This document shows, one piece after another, positions 1 through 8,367 of a stretch of DNA of 43,526 nt. Positions within the stretch are counted from its first letter, which is position 1, and each line of letters starts with the position of its first letter. Where the stretch lies: positions 1-43,526 of the IMG/VR virus record IMGVR_UViG_3300023107_000005; one strand, written 5' to 3'. Made by a program: the position numbers and the translations under genes. The notes below the pieces were generated by a model that was not told the origin of the DNA, made no database searches, and saw only the letters and a program-made list of their open reading frames with translations. Source of the stretch: a virus (taxonomy: Duplodnaviria; Caudoviricetes).

Positions 1-352
1 CGACGGTCACGTACTCGTGGCTGTCGAGCGTGATGCTGCTCGTGCCCACCAGGTTCTCACTCCAGGCCAGCTGCTTGCGGCCGGCATTCATGCCGCTGAA
101 CAGCGCGTGGATCTTGCGCCGCTCGGTCACCACGAAGCCGTGGCCACCGCAGTTGATGCAGGTGGCCACGGCTGAGCCCGCGGTGGGCCCCGCGCAGGGG
201 CAGGGCGAGGTTACCTCCAGCCGGGCCTCGTTGCCCTTGTCGAAGGTCTGCCCGTCGAAGAGGGTGCCGTCGAAGCGTGCCTGCACCTGGCCCGGGGGAG
301 AGAGCTGCTGCGCCGGCGGCGGGCCGGTTACGGAAATAGGAGCCTGGTTCAC
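1..352 (-). CDS. Partial neck/head-completion-like protein with Zn-binding motif (runs off the window edge)
   Basis: Manual translation from a GTG at 352 that overlaps the stop of 349..726: VNQAPISV...CPCAGPTAGSAVATCINCGGHGF...; CPC-x-CxxCxGxG proteins follow the capsid genes in SPO1-like head/neck modules. Confidence 0.6.
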   Translation of the reverse strand, partial: MNQAPISVTGPPPAQQLSPPGQVQARFDGTLFDGQTFDKGNEARLEVTSPCPCAGPTAGSAVATCINCGGHGFVVTERRKIHALFSGMNAGRKQLAWSENLVGTSSITLDSHEYVTV

Positions 353-726
353 GGGCGGGCCTGTTGCTTGCGGAGGCGTTTTTCTTCCGCCCGGCGGATG
401 GTTTCGATTTCCTGGGGCGTGCGCACGTGGCCGTCAAAGAGGGACACGCGCGCCACCGGTGGCCGGCCGGGCGCCTGGTCGAGCGGCGCTCCTGGCCGCG
501 GCCGGAGCCCCCGGCGCCGGTGTTGCCAGTCGTCGAGGCCCAGCGTACCCAGTGGGTAGGGCTCGGGCGTGGGCTCGATGGAGACGGCCGTCGCCGGCTG
601 GGGCGCCGGGTCGGGCTCGTAGCTGGGCTTCAGGCGTGGACCTAAATGCTCCGGGTGCACCGCTCGCTGCGTGGCCATGAGCGCGGTGGCCATGGCGATA
701 ATGCCGAGGTTATATATTTTTCGCAT
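349..726 (-). CDS. Hypothetical protein with hydrophobic N-terminus
   Basis: ORF fills the gap between neighbours on the coding strand; MRKIYNLGIIAMATALMA resembles a signal peptide. Confidence 0.55.
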   Translation of the reverse strand: MRKIYNLGIIAMATALMATQRAVHPEHLGPRLKPSYEPDPAPQPATAVSIEPTPEPYPLGTLGLDDWQHRRRGLRPRPGAPLDQAPGRPPVARVSLFDGHVRTPQEIETIRRAEEKRLRKQQARP

Positions 727-734
727 CGGGGAAG

Positions 735-2300
735 TTATTCAGCGGGAGCGAGGCGGTCTTCCAGCGCCTGCAGGAAGTGGCCAGGCTGTTTGGGCTCGGC
801 CGGGGCCTGGCCCGAGGCGTCCTGCACGTGGACCAGCTCGTAGGCCCGACCGTTCTCGGCCATCCACTTGCAGTAGCGGCCGATCACCACGTCGAAGTAG
901 AAGGGGTCGATTTCGCAGCCGTAGCAGTTGCGCTCGTACTTCTCGCAGGCCAGCAGCATCGTGCCGCTGCCCAGAAAGCCGTCGTAGGCCCGGGCCCGGG
1001 GCGCGGAGCCATCGCGCAGCAGCCGGCCGATCAGCTCCACGGGCTTCATGGTGGGGTGATACGGGTTCTTGGTAGGCCGCTTCTCGTGGATGGCCGTGCT
1101 CAGCTGCGCTTTGAAGCCCCGGACCAGCTCCTGCAGCTCCTCATAGGTGAGCGTATCCAGGTCCCGGTCGTAGTTGAGCAGCGTGGTGGCCGTGGTGGCG
1201 CCGAAGAATTCATGCTTGCCTTTCCAGCCGTAGAGGATCAGCTCGTGCTGGGCCGAGTAGTCCTTGCGGCCGAATACGAAGGAATCCTTCAGCCAGGGCA
1301 GGTAGGAGCCGAAGCTGCCGCCGAACTCGTCCCAGGCCTGGCGCATGCTGTGCATCTCGGCATCCGACATGAACAGGTAGAAGGTGTTGTAGTCGGCCAC
1401 GGGAACGGCCCGCAGGAAGTCGCCAAAGAAGTTGTTGTAGTCCTCGATAGCGTCGTTTTCAATGCCCTCGCGCTGCTTGGTGAGCGTGCCGGTGTAGTTC
1501 ACGCCGTAGGGCGCGTCGGAGACCGTGATGTCGGCCACCTCGCCGGCAAACAGGCGCTCGACCTCGGCCGCATCGGTGCAGGAGCCGCAGAGCAGCCGGT
1601 GCACCTTGCCGTCCTCGGTGCGGATTTCGAACAGGTCACCGCTCTGGCTGACCGTAATCAGGTCCTGCAGGCGCGGGTCCATGTCGTCGCTCTCATCCTG
1701 ATCGGTACCGATGCTGCCGAAGTCGTCATCGCCGCGGGTGCTCAGGTCGATGCCGTCCAGGTCGCGCAGCTCCTTATCCTCGAAGCCGTACTCCTCGAGC
1801 TGGCGTTTACTGAAGTGCTCGGCCAGCAGGTCGCCGTCCCAGTCGCCGGCAATGTTCTTGTTGAGGCGGATGCAGAGCTCGTCCACTTCCTCGGCCGAGA
1901 GTTGCCGCTCACAGACCCAGCAGTCGGCAAAGGTCTGGCCCGAGCTGAGCAGCTCCTCGATGCGCTGGTGCCCCCCGATGATGGTGTGGTCCAGGTTGAC
2001 CACAATGGGCATGGCCAGGCCGAACTTGTCAATGCTTTTTTTCAGGTCCTTGCGGCCCTTTTCGTTGGCTTTGCGCGGGTTGTGCTGCAGCCGGTACAGA
2101 TCATCGAGCGGAATCTGCTTGTGCGTCCAGCGCAGCAGCTCCTTGGGCTCCTGGCTCTTTCGCTTCTTCTTGCCCGGGTTTTCGGGCGGGATGTCGTCAG
2201 CCGTGATCGGAGCGTCGAATACGCTTAATTGGTTGGGGCTGATGTCGTCGGGCTGGGCTTCAGCGACGATGTCGGTGAGGGGAACGGCTTGCTTAGCCAT
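735..2300 (-). CDS. ParB-like N-terminal domain fused to an N6/N4 DNA methyltransferase (beta-type motif order)
   Basis: HNPRK...SIDKFGLAMPIVVN...IIGGHQR (ParBc/Srx-like); HRLLCGS; motif IV SDAPYG; HPTMKPVEL; motif I YDGFLGSGTML; GCEIDPFY. Start moved to the ATG at 2300 (MAKQ). Confidence 0.9.
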   Translation of the reverse strand: MAKQAVPLTDIVAEAQPDDISPNQLSVFDAPITADDIPPENPGKKKRKSQEPKELLRWTHKQIPLDDLYRLQHNPRKANEKGRKDLKKSIDKFGLAMPIVVNLDHTIIGGHQRIEELLSSGQTFADCWVCERQLSAEEVDELCIRLNKNIAGDWDGDLLAEHFSKRQLEEYGFEDKELRDLDGIDLSTRGDDDFGSIGTDQDESDDMDPRLQDLITVSQSGDLFEIRTEDGKVHRLLCGSCTDAAEVERLFAGEVADITVSDAPYGVNYTGTLTKQREGIENDAIEDYNNFFGDFLRAVPVADYNTFYLFMSDAEMHSMRQAWDEFGGSFGSYLPWLKDSFVFGRKDYSAQHELILYGWKGKHEFFGATTATTLLNYDRDLDTLTYEELQELVRGFKAQLSTAIHEKRPTKNPYHPTMKPVELIGRLLRDGSAPRARAYDGFLGSGTMLLACEKYERNCYGCEIDPFYFDVVIGRYCKWMAENGRAYELVHVQDASGQAPAEPKQPGHFLQALEDRLAPAE

Positions 2301-2374
2301 GGGGTGGTAATGTGGAGCATATCGGGCGGTGGTGGTGCGCTGCAGTGGCGCGGGGGAGGGTGGTAGAACCGAGC

Positions 2375-2400
2375 AAAACCTATCGAATTCGATAGGTTTT
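2375..2400. repeat. Perfect 26-bp palindrome AAAACCTATCGAATTCGATAGGTTTT
   Basis: Read directly from the sequence. Confidence 0.95.
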
Positions 2401-2447
2401 CGTGCGGGCGGCCGGGTTTCGTGCGGGCAATTGGTTTTCGTGCGGGC
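2395..2447 (+). repeat. Three 15-bp direct repeats GG(T/G)TTTCGTGCGGGC with 19-bp period
   Basis: Copies at 2395-2409, 2414-2428 and 2433-2447. Confidence 0.95.
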
Positions 2448-2458
2448 TGCTATCTTTG
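2431..2458 (+). promoter_or_regulatory. Bacteroidota housekeeping-type promoter (TTG...TATCTTTG)
   Basis: TATCTTTG at 2451-2458 matches the TAnnTTTG -7 box; TTG lies 17 nt upstream. Confidence 0.6.
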
Positions 2459-2463
2459 TACCA

Positions 2464-2592
2464 GGCGCACGGTGCACGCCCTAGTAGCCAGTAACCCGAA
2501 AGGAGAGAAAACAAAGCGGCTGCGCTAAGGCCCTGGTTGCGACCCGCACTCGAACCCCCAGCTCGTCCGGAGAGCTGGGGGTTCTTGCGTTT
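2464..2592 (+). ncRNA. Candidate structured small RNA
   Basis: Lies between the + strand promoter and a + oriented terminator; no ORF; several possible stems (GTAGCC/GGCTGC, CC-GAAA-GG, GCGG/CCGC). Confidence 0.4.
2552..2592 (+). terminator. Intrinsic terminator-like hairpin
   Basis: GAACCCCCAGCTC-GTCCGGA-GAGCTGGGGGTTC followed by TTGCGTTTT on the + strand. Confidence 0.75.
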
Positions 2593-3353
2593 TACAGGAC
2601 CGTGAAGACCATGCCCTGGTAGATGCCGCGCAGCTGGTCGAGCTGCTTGCTGGTCTGGTCGATGGCCCCGGCAATGGTTTTGCCGAACGGGTCGCTGGTG
2701 CTCAGGCTCTGGCTGAGCCCGTCGAGCGAGATGCTCTGCGAGGTCAGCCCTGCCGGCAGCACCAGGTTGGCCAGCTTGTAGAGAGCCGGAATCAGGGCCA
2801 GGTTGCCCACCAGCTGCACGAGCTCCTCCGGGGCCTGGTCGTAGCCGGTTAGGTAGCTCAGGCGCCAGTAGCGGGGAAGGATGCCGTTTTGGGACCAGGA
2901 ATTCTGCATCATTAGCCCGGTAAAGGCTACCTGGTAGTTCAGCGGGCTCTGGCCACCGCCCTGGGGCACGACGAAGATCTTGCGCTCGTAGCCCGTGGGC
3001 TGATTCGTGCGCTTCACCTGCAGCCAGGCTTTGGGGTAGGACTGGGACTTGGCCTGCTCGGTAACGCCGCCCTTCAGCTCCACGGCATCCACAACGGGGT
3101 AGATCGTGCGCAGATAGAAAAAGCTGGTTTCGTCGATCCACTGGTCGAGGTCCTCGGTCACCAGCTGCCGGCTGATCTTGATGCCCAGCAGGTTTTCGAC
3201 CGTGCGCTCGGCCGCCAGCAGCCAGCCCCGGATGGCCTGGTCGCTGAGGCGGGTGTGGGCCAGGCCCGTGAGAAAGTCCCGCCGGAACTCTGGAGCCCCG
3301 AGCACGGGCGTGCTGGGCGTGGCGGTACGGATGGTAAAGGCAAAACTGCCCAT
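2592..3353 (-). CDS. Head completion/head-tail adaptor protein
   Basis: Downstream of the capsid; AERTVENLLGIKI, WRLSYLTGY...P, SQSISLDGLSQS resemble SPO1-like adaptor proteins; start taken at ATG 3353. Confidence 0.7.
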   Translation of the reverse strand: MGSFAFTIRTATPSTPVLGAPEFRRDFLTGLAHTRLSDQAIRGWLLAAERTVENLLGIKISRQLVTEDLDQWIDETSFFYLRTIYPVVDAVELKGGVTEQAKSQSYPKAWLQVKRTNQPTGYERKIFVVPQGGGQSPLNYQVAFTGLMMQNSWSQNGILPRYWRLSYLTGYDQAPEELVQLVGNLALIPALYKLANLVLPAGLTSQSISLDGLSQSLSTSDPFGKTIAGAIDQTSKQLDQLRGIYQGMVFTVL

Positions 3354-3436
3354 GGGGAAACGGCAAGCAGTCGGGGCGGTGGAAAAAGACACCGCCGCCG
3401 GCTTGGGGAAGGCCGGCGGCGGGTCAGGGCAGAGGA

Positions 3437-3817
3437 CTACTGGGCGGCGTCAGCTTCCTCGATAGCTGGCCGGAACACAGTATCGAGGGCAAAATCGATC
3501 AGCTCCTTTTTCGAGCGCATGTGCTTCCAGCTGGCCTCGGGCACCTGAGCGTCGGAGAGCACCTTCTGCAGCATGGGCACGCCCATCTTGCTGAGCTTCT
3601 CGGTGGCCTGCTCCAGCGTCAGGGGACCCGTGGAGGCCGCCTCTTCCTCCGTGAGCACCACCAGCGAGTTGGTGCGCTCCTTGACCAGGGCCTGCAGCTC
3701 GAGGCTGTCTTCTACTTCGGCCTGGCCGAGGCCGTCGAACTGTACCTCGCCGATGCCTTCGAACTGTACTTTCTGACCCCAGCGGTGGGGCTGGGTGGTT
3801 TGAATCTTTACTGCCAT
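3437..3817 (-). CDS. Hypothetical head-associated protein with C-terminal small helical (HeH/Rho-N-like) domain
   Basis: Directly after the capsid; VQFDGLGQAEV N-terminal part and LSKMGVPMLQKV...SKKELIDF C-terminal part. Confidence 0.65.
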   Translation of the reverse strand: MAVKIQTTQPHRWGQKVQFEGIGEVQFDGLGQAEVEDSLELQALVKERTNSLVVLTEEEAASTGPLTLEQATEKLSKMGVPMLQKVLSDAQVPEASWKHMRSKKELIDFALDTVFRPAIEEADAAQ

Positions 3818-3858
3818 GGGGCTGGGTTGTTGAAAAAAATGGGTTAGGGGAGAAAGAT

Positions 3859-3891
3859 AAAAAGCCGGCACTTAGCAAGTGCCGGCTTTTT
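3859..3891. terminator. Bidirectional intrinsic terminator after the capsid gene
   Basis: AAAAAGCCGGCACTT-AGC-AAGTGCCGGCTTTTT perfect inverted repeat. Confidence 0.9.
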
Positions 3892-3967
3892 ACGGATAGT
3901 ATGGGAGCCGCCGGCCGCTGGACGAAGGGGTGGGTCCTGAAGGGGTGGTCGGCCGGGGCTCCGATGC

Positions 3968-5437
3968 TTAGGCCACGTTGGAGCGGCGGCCGATGTTTTT
4001 GTAGACAACGCACTTGCCCATGGCATACGCCATCGGGGCACCGTACATCACCAGGGCGTAGCGGGTCGACAGGTCGATCTGGGCCAGCGGCACGCGCATG
4101 AGCGGCAGCAGCTTGGCGTACTCCAGAACTTCCTCGTCAAACTGGATCAGGAACGCCTTCTCCGTGCCGGCAATGTCGCGGTTCCGGTCACGAGTCAGGC
4201 CGTTGAGGGCCCCGTCGTAGCCGGCGCCGTCGATAGCGCTGGCGGGAATCGTGAAGATCGGGTAGAAGTCCACGTCGTTGATGTTCGTGTACACGGGGTT
4301 GGCCGTGGTCCGGTAGATCCGGAAGCCCGTGGCCACGATGCCGGCGGTAGCCGCAAACTTCAGATCCACGCTCTTGCCGGTGGCCACGCTGAGCAGGCTC
4401 GTGGTGAGCAGTTCCAGGGGGCTTTCACCGGCGGCATTCACGGCCGCAACGGCGTAGAGATAGTCACCCGTGAAGCCGGCAAAGCGGCTCAGCACGTCGG
4501 TAACGGCGGCCGCTGGGGCGGTGCCGTCCTTGGTGGGCTTGGGTGGTACCACGGTCGGACGGTCCGGCACGTAGGTGATCTTCTTGGGCTCGGAGCCCTG
4601 CCGCATGAACTTGTCAAACTGCAGGTTGATGTCGCCGAACTGGGAAGCAAACGTGTTCACGCGCTGGCCCAGGGTCACCGTGCGGCTCGATGCGTCGGCA
4701 ATCGTGCGGCGGGTGGCATTCACCGACTTGGAGTAGTCGTTGAGCACCGAAGGGGGCGCGAAGAACGTGTCGGCCGAGCCGTTGGCGTTCAGGATGACTT
4801 CCACGCCGTCCTCGAAGTGGCCGTCCTCCATTGGGCGGCCGCGCAGGTCGAACACGTTGGCGGCACCCGCTTGCTGCTCCAGGTTGGCGAACTGGTCGCG
4901 GTGCTGCTTGAATACGCCGTCGAATTCCTCCCCTACGATGGAGCTGTCGCCGTGGAAAAGGGCCGTGTTGCCCTCGCGCATCAGGTCGAGCGTGCCATTG
5001 TTGGTGGCTTTCTGCAGGGCGGTACCACCGATCTGCTGCACCAGCGTGGACTGATGGGTTACCCGGACCGTGCGGCCCAGATACTTCATCAGCATCATGT
5101 TGCGAACGTAGCTGCCGTCGTTTTCGAGCGGCATGCCACCCTCGCCGAAGAAAGCGCCGCCCTTCGAGCCGTAGCTCTTCTGCTGCACGAATTCCTCAAC
5201 GGTCGAAAACGCCGTCTTCTGGGGGATTTTCCGCCAGAAAACCAGGTCGCTTTCTTTGAAGGTGAGGGCCTTGATGGTTTTGTCCAGGGACTCCATCATC
5301 AGGTTGCCGATACCGGCCTGCGGTTGGCCGATGGTTTGGCCGCCCTGGGTGTGACCAGCCGTCATGGCTTTGGCGAGGTCGTTGGCATCGCTCGCGCCGA
5401 GGCGGTCGAGCGAGAAGTCGGTCAAATTGACTTCCAT
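3968..5437 (-). CDS. Major capsid protein, SPO1/A511 type, with internal Ig/Fn3-like insertion
   Basis: LAKAMTAG, ESLDKTIKALTF, STVEEF, KYLG, ALFHGDS...EFDG, DLRG, YLYAVAAVNAAGES, FRIYR, KLLPLMRVPLA, LVMYG, VVYKNIG; start ATG 5437. Confidence 0.92.
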   Translation of the reverse strand: MEVNLTDFSLDRLGASDANDLAKAMTAGHTQGGQTIGQPQAGIGNLMMESLDKTIKALTFKESDLVFWRKIPQKTAFSTVEEFVQQKSYGSKGGAFFGEGGMPLENDGSYVRNMMLMKYLGRTVRVTHQSTLVQQIGGTALQKATNNGTLDLMREGNTALFHGDSSIVGEEFDGVFKQHRDQFANLEQQAGAANVFDLRGRPMEDGHFEDGVEVILNANGSADTFFAPPSVLNDYSKSVNATRRTIADASSRTVTLGQRVNTFASQFGDINLQFDKFMRQGSEPKKITYVPDRPTVVPPKPTKDGTAPAAAVTDVLSRFAGFTGDYLYAVAAVNAAGESPLELLTTSLLSVATGKSVDLKFAATAGIVATGFRIYRTTANPVYTNINDVDFYPIFTIPASAIDGAGYDGALNGLTRDRNRDIAGTEKAFLIQFDEEVLEYAKLLPLMRVPLAQIDLSTRYALVMYGAPMAYAMGKCVVYKNIGRRSNVA

Positions 5438-5538
5438 TGGGGTTTGGGGTGGAAGGAAAGGGCGATTTGGGACGGATAACCCGTTCACGCGAATCGGCTG
5501 GGTAGGCCGGGCGGCTGGTGGCTAAGGTAGCAGCGGGT

Positions 5539-7161
5539 CTAGTCGATCAGCACTACCTGGTGCTTCTGCTGCAGCTCGGCAGCCACGGATTTGGAGATGG
5601 TCCCGATCTGCTCGAAGTGCATCATGTCGTCGAGCATGCCCTTGGAAACCGTGTTTTTGGGGTCGTCGTAATTGATGCGCGCGTCGAGCAGGTTGAGCAC
5701 CTCGTCGCGGTTGGCCTTCAGGCTCAGCACGCGGCGGCCGCCGGCGGCGCCAGGCTCGCCGTCGAGGCTTTTTTCCACGGTCTGACCGCTTTGCTGCACG
5801 AATGGGCGCTCCTGGAAGCTCTTAACCACGTTCTGGCTCTTGCGCGGGTTCGGCGCGTCATCGATGGCGTCGAGGCGCTGCTCGATGGCCGCCTGCATCT
5901 GGTCCACCTTGTCGAGCACATTCTCGAAGAGCACGCCCACCGAGGCAAAGCGGCTGTCGATGGCCGAGCCCAGGCCCTTGATCACCTCGTCGAGCTGCTC
6001 GCGCACGGCGGCAGTGACGCCAGCATTGTTTCGGCTCGGTTCGGCTGGCTTCCGGGTCGTTTGCGCGTTGGGCGTGCCAGACTTTTTACCGGGTGCGGGT
6101 TGCGCTGGCTCGTCTTCTTCCGGCTCGTCATCCTCGATGTATTCGGGCTCCGGGTTCGTGGCCTCGGGCTCCTCCTCTTCTTCCTCCTCTTGGCCTTCCT
6201 CGTCGGCGAACTGCGCGGCGGCGGTAGAAAAGGTGGTGGCGGCCGTCGGGGCGTCCAGGCCCTCATTGAGCAGGCTCTTCATAATCGTGGCGCGGCCCAG
6301 GCCCTGGCGGAGCATTTCGACGCTGGAGTCGATGCCTTTCTGGATCAGCTCATCGGGGTTGTCTTCGATGTCGTCCGGCTCGGCCGCTACGGCGCCGGCT
6401 TCTACGCTCGCAGTGGACCGTAGGGTTGCGAATGCCTTCTCAACGTGATCAGGCCGGATGATGGTGTTTTTGGCGGTTTTCTCAGCCATGGGGGTGGTAG
6501 CATCTGGGGCGGCGATAAATTCAATCAGCTCCATGATCTGGTCGGCCATGCCCTTCTCCAGGGCGGGGAAGGCGTCGAAGATCTGAGCATATACTTCCAC
6601 CTGGCTCAGGACATCCCCGTCGTGCATGGTCGAGTCGACGTGGCCTTTGAGGATGTCTGCGTAGGTATCAGGATTCTTGGGGTTGAGCGTGAGGGCTACG
6701 CCGGTCACCAGCAGGCGGGTGATGCGCTTGGGGTTTTTCGCGTCGCGCTCCAGCACCTTGCCCTCCACGCTCCAGCACATGCGGCGCTTGCTCTTATTGA
6801 GCTTGAGCGACTGCATGGTGCGGTAGGTGCTCTTGGCAATGGCATTATCCGAGTAGAGCTCCCCGGTAATGTGGAACTGGTTGTCGCGCACCTCGGCCGT
6901 TACCGGCTCGCCGATGTTGGCCTCCGGGTTCACCTTGCCCTGGTGGTTGTAGTTGATGAAACCGTGGGTGAGGAAATACGAGGTTTCGAAGCCGTTAGGA
7001 TCCAGCGACTCCTCGTCGAAGTCCACGGCCTCGGTCGAGGCGCAGCCGCCGACCTTCATCACCTTGATGCCCGCCTTATTGGTGCCCTTCTCGATGTAGT
7101 CGAGGGGCACATTGAACTTGATAAACTCGGTTTGCGACACGGGTCGGGCCTGGAGCTGCAC
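5539..7161 (-). CDS. Prohead protease with C-terminal scaffold-like region
   Basis: GCASTEAVDFDEE, GFINYNH, IGEP, WSVEGKV, VALTLNPKNPDT protease core; acidic/coiled-coil tail with many K[SAG] sites; directly upstream of the capsid. Confidence 0.88.
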   Translation of the reverse strand: MQLQARPVSQTEFIKFNVPLDYIEKGTNKAGIKVMKVGGCASTEAVDFDEESLDPNGFETSYFLTHGFINYNHQGKVNPEANIGEPVTAEVRDNQFHITGELYSDNAIAKSTYRTMQSLKLNKSKRRMCWSVEGKVLERDAKNPKRITRLLVTGVALTLNPKNPDTYADILKGHVDSTMHDGDVLSQVEVYAQIFDAFPALEKGMADQIMELIEFIAAPDATTPMAEKTAKNTIIRPDHVEKAFATLRSTASVEAGAVAAEPDDIEDNPDELIQKGIDSSVEMLRQGLGRATIMKSLLNEGLDAPTAATTFSTAAAQFADEEGQEEEEEEEPEATNPEPEYIEDDEPEEDEPAQPAPGKKSGTPNAQTTRKPAEPSRNNAGVTAAVREQLDEVIKGLGSAIDSRFASVGVLFENVLDKVDQMQAAIEQRLDAIDDAPNPRKSQNVVKSFQERPFVQQSGQTVEKSLDGEPGAAGGRRVLSLKANRDEVLNLLDARINYDDPKNTVSKGMLDDMMHFEQIGTISKSVAAELQQKHQVVLID

Positions 7162-7276
7162 CAGCTGGTGCAGGGTCGGGGCGGTGATCGGGCCAGCCGG
7201 CTTGGAAGCCTGGCGGCGGGTACTGTTGCTAAAAGCTACGCCGAACTAGCTAATAATGCCCCGCCGGGCCGGGCAC

Positions 7277-7308
7277 AAAAAAAGCCCCGACCGGTGGGTC
7301 AGGGCTTT
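7277..7308 (-). terminator. Intrinsic terminator
   Basis: AAAGCCC-CGACC-GGT-GGGTCA-GGGCTTT; the adjacent A-run reads as a U-tract on the minus strand. Confidence 0.75.
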
Positions 7309-7466
7309 GGGCGATGTGGGGGCGTCGGCTGCGCAGGGGAAAAAAGCGGAGCTCGAATGCGAATGGCCCGAGGGCCGAAAATGAAGAATAGGGGGGCGAT
7401 GAATAGAATAGGCCGTGAGGCCAGGGCTTTTTACGGGACCGGCCCCGGCCGGGTTACGACTTTTTA

Positions 7467-7757
7467 TCAGTCTTTTTCCGGGTCGTATTCCTGCCCGTCG
7501 AAGTCGAGATAAATAGGCACGTGGGTAAGCGTCACGTACTCCCCGTCGGCGACCAGCTCAATTCGTGCCTGCAGCAGCGTGTCCTGGTTAAAGTCCTCCA
7601 CGTTCACCATGCCATACCGCCGCAGGTAGCTGTCGTAGCCCGTGTCGCTGCTGCCGCTGAAACGGCCCAGCACACAGAATTCCTCGTAGCTCAGGTCGGC
7701 CAGGCGGTGGCGGGTTCCGTCCGCCAGGACCAGCCACTTCTCGATAGCGGCCGCCAT
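7467..7757 (-). CDS. Small acidic hypothetical protein (candidate immunity/partner)
   Basis: 96-aa ORF coupled (TAATG) to the upstream gene. Confidence 0.7.
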   Translation of the reverse strand: MAAAIEKWLVLADGTRHRLADLSYEEFCVLGRFSGSSDTGYDSYLRRYGMVNVEDFNQDTLLQARIELVADGEYVTLTHVPIYLDFDGQEYDPEKD

Positions 7758-8332
7758 TACTCGCTCTCGTCCTCGTCCGCGGGCAGGCCCACGAGCAGCC
7801 GGGTGTAGTTTTCCACGAGCTCCTCGCCCTTCTCGGTCAGCGCGGCGGCGTCCTGGCTCTGGGCGTAGGCACCGATGGCCTCGCGGTACTCGTGCAGGGC
7901 AATGGCAAACAGGGCCTGCGCGGCCGACTCGGGCTCCTGCAGGTGCTCGGCTTCTACCACGTGGCCGATGCGGCTCTGGATTTCCTGCGTGAGCGTGCGG
8001 CTGCTGGTGGGCGCCGGCGTGTTCCAGCCCACCAGGGGCGTGAAGCGTCTGTCCTGGCCGGTGAAGATGCGGGCCAGGCGCTTTACGGCAGCCTGGCTGG
8101 CCTCGCCGGCCTGGGCCGCGGTGAGGGTTTTCTCGCCCAGGGCAATGGCCCGGCCGAGCTCCTCGCTCAGGAAGGTGCGCACCAGGTCCTCGACGACCGA
8201 GTAGGTGGCCAGGTAGGGGGTGGCCTCACTGGGGGCGGCCGCGCTCAGCGCCTGGCTGATGCCGGTGCCGTCGTTTGTCCGGCTGGGGCCGGCCGCGGCA
8301 GATTCCGCGGCCGGCTGAGTAGGTTTTTTCAT
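7757..8332 (-). CDS. Helical hypothetical protein (candidate immunity/partner of the ART effector)
   Basis: Start ATG 8332 (MKKPTQP), 35 nt after the giant gene's stop; the longer ORF-track version overlaps the giant gene. Confidence 0.75.
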   Translation of the reverse strand: MKKPTQPAAESAAAGPSRTNDGTGISQALSAAAPSEATPYLATYSVVEDLVRTFLSEELGRAIALGEKTLTAAQAGEASQAAVKRLARIFTGQDRRFTPLVGWNTPAPTSSRTLTQEIQSRIGHVVEAEHLQEPESAAQALFAIALHEYREAIGAYAQSQDAAALTEKGEELVENYTRLLVGLPADEDESE

Positions 8333-8367
8333 AAAAAAGTATGTCTGGCTATACGTACGCGCCCAGC

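Noticed and set aside
2395-2447. Direct repeats as a mini CRISPR array
   Set aside because: Repeats are 15 bp with 4-bp spacers, far too short, and no cas genes are present
2464-2550. tRNA, hammerhead or twister ribozyme, or canonical c-di-GMP-I riboswitch
   Set aside because: No T-loop or cloverleaf, no CUGANGA core, twister motifs incomplete; the GEMM resemblance is partial and there is no downstream gene, so it is kept only as a candidate sRNA
4260-4560. Ig/Fn3-like insertion in the capsid as a novelty
   Set aside because: A comparable region is a normal feature of SPO1/A511-type capsids
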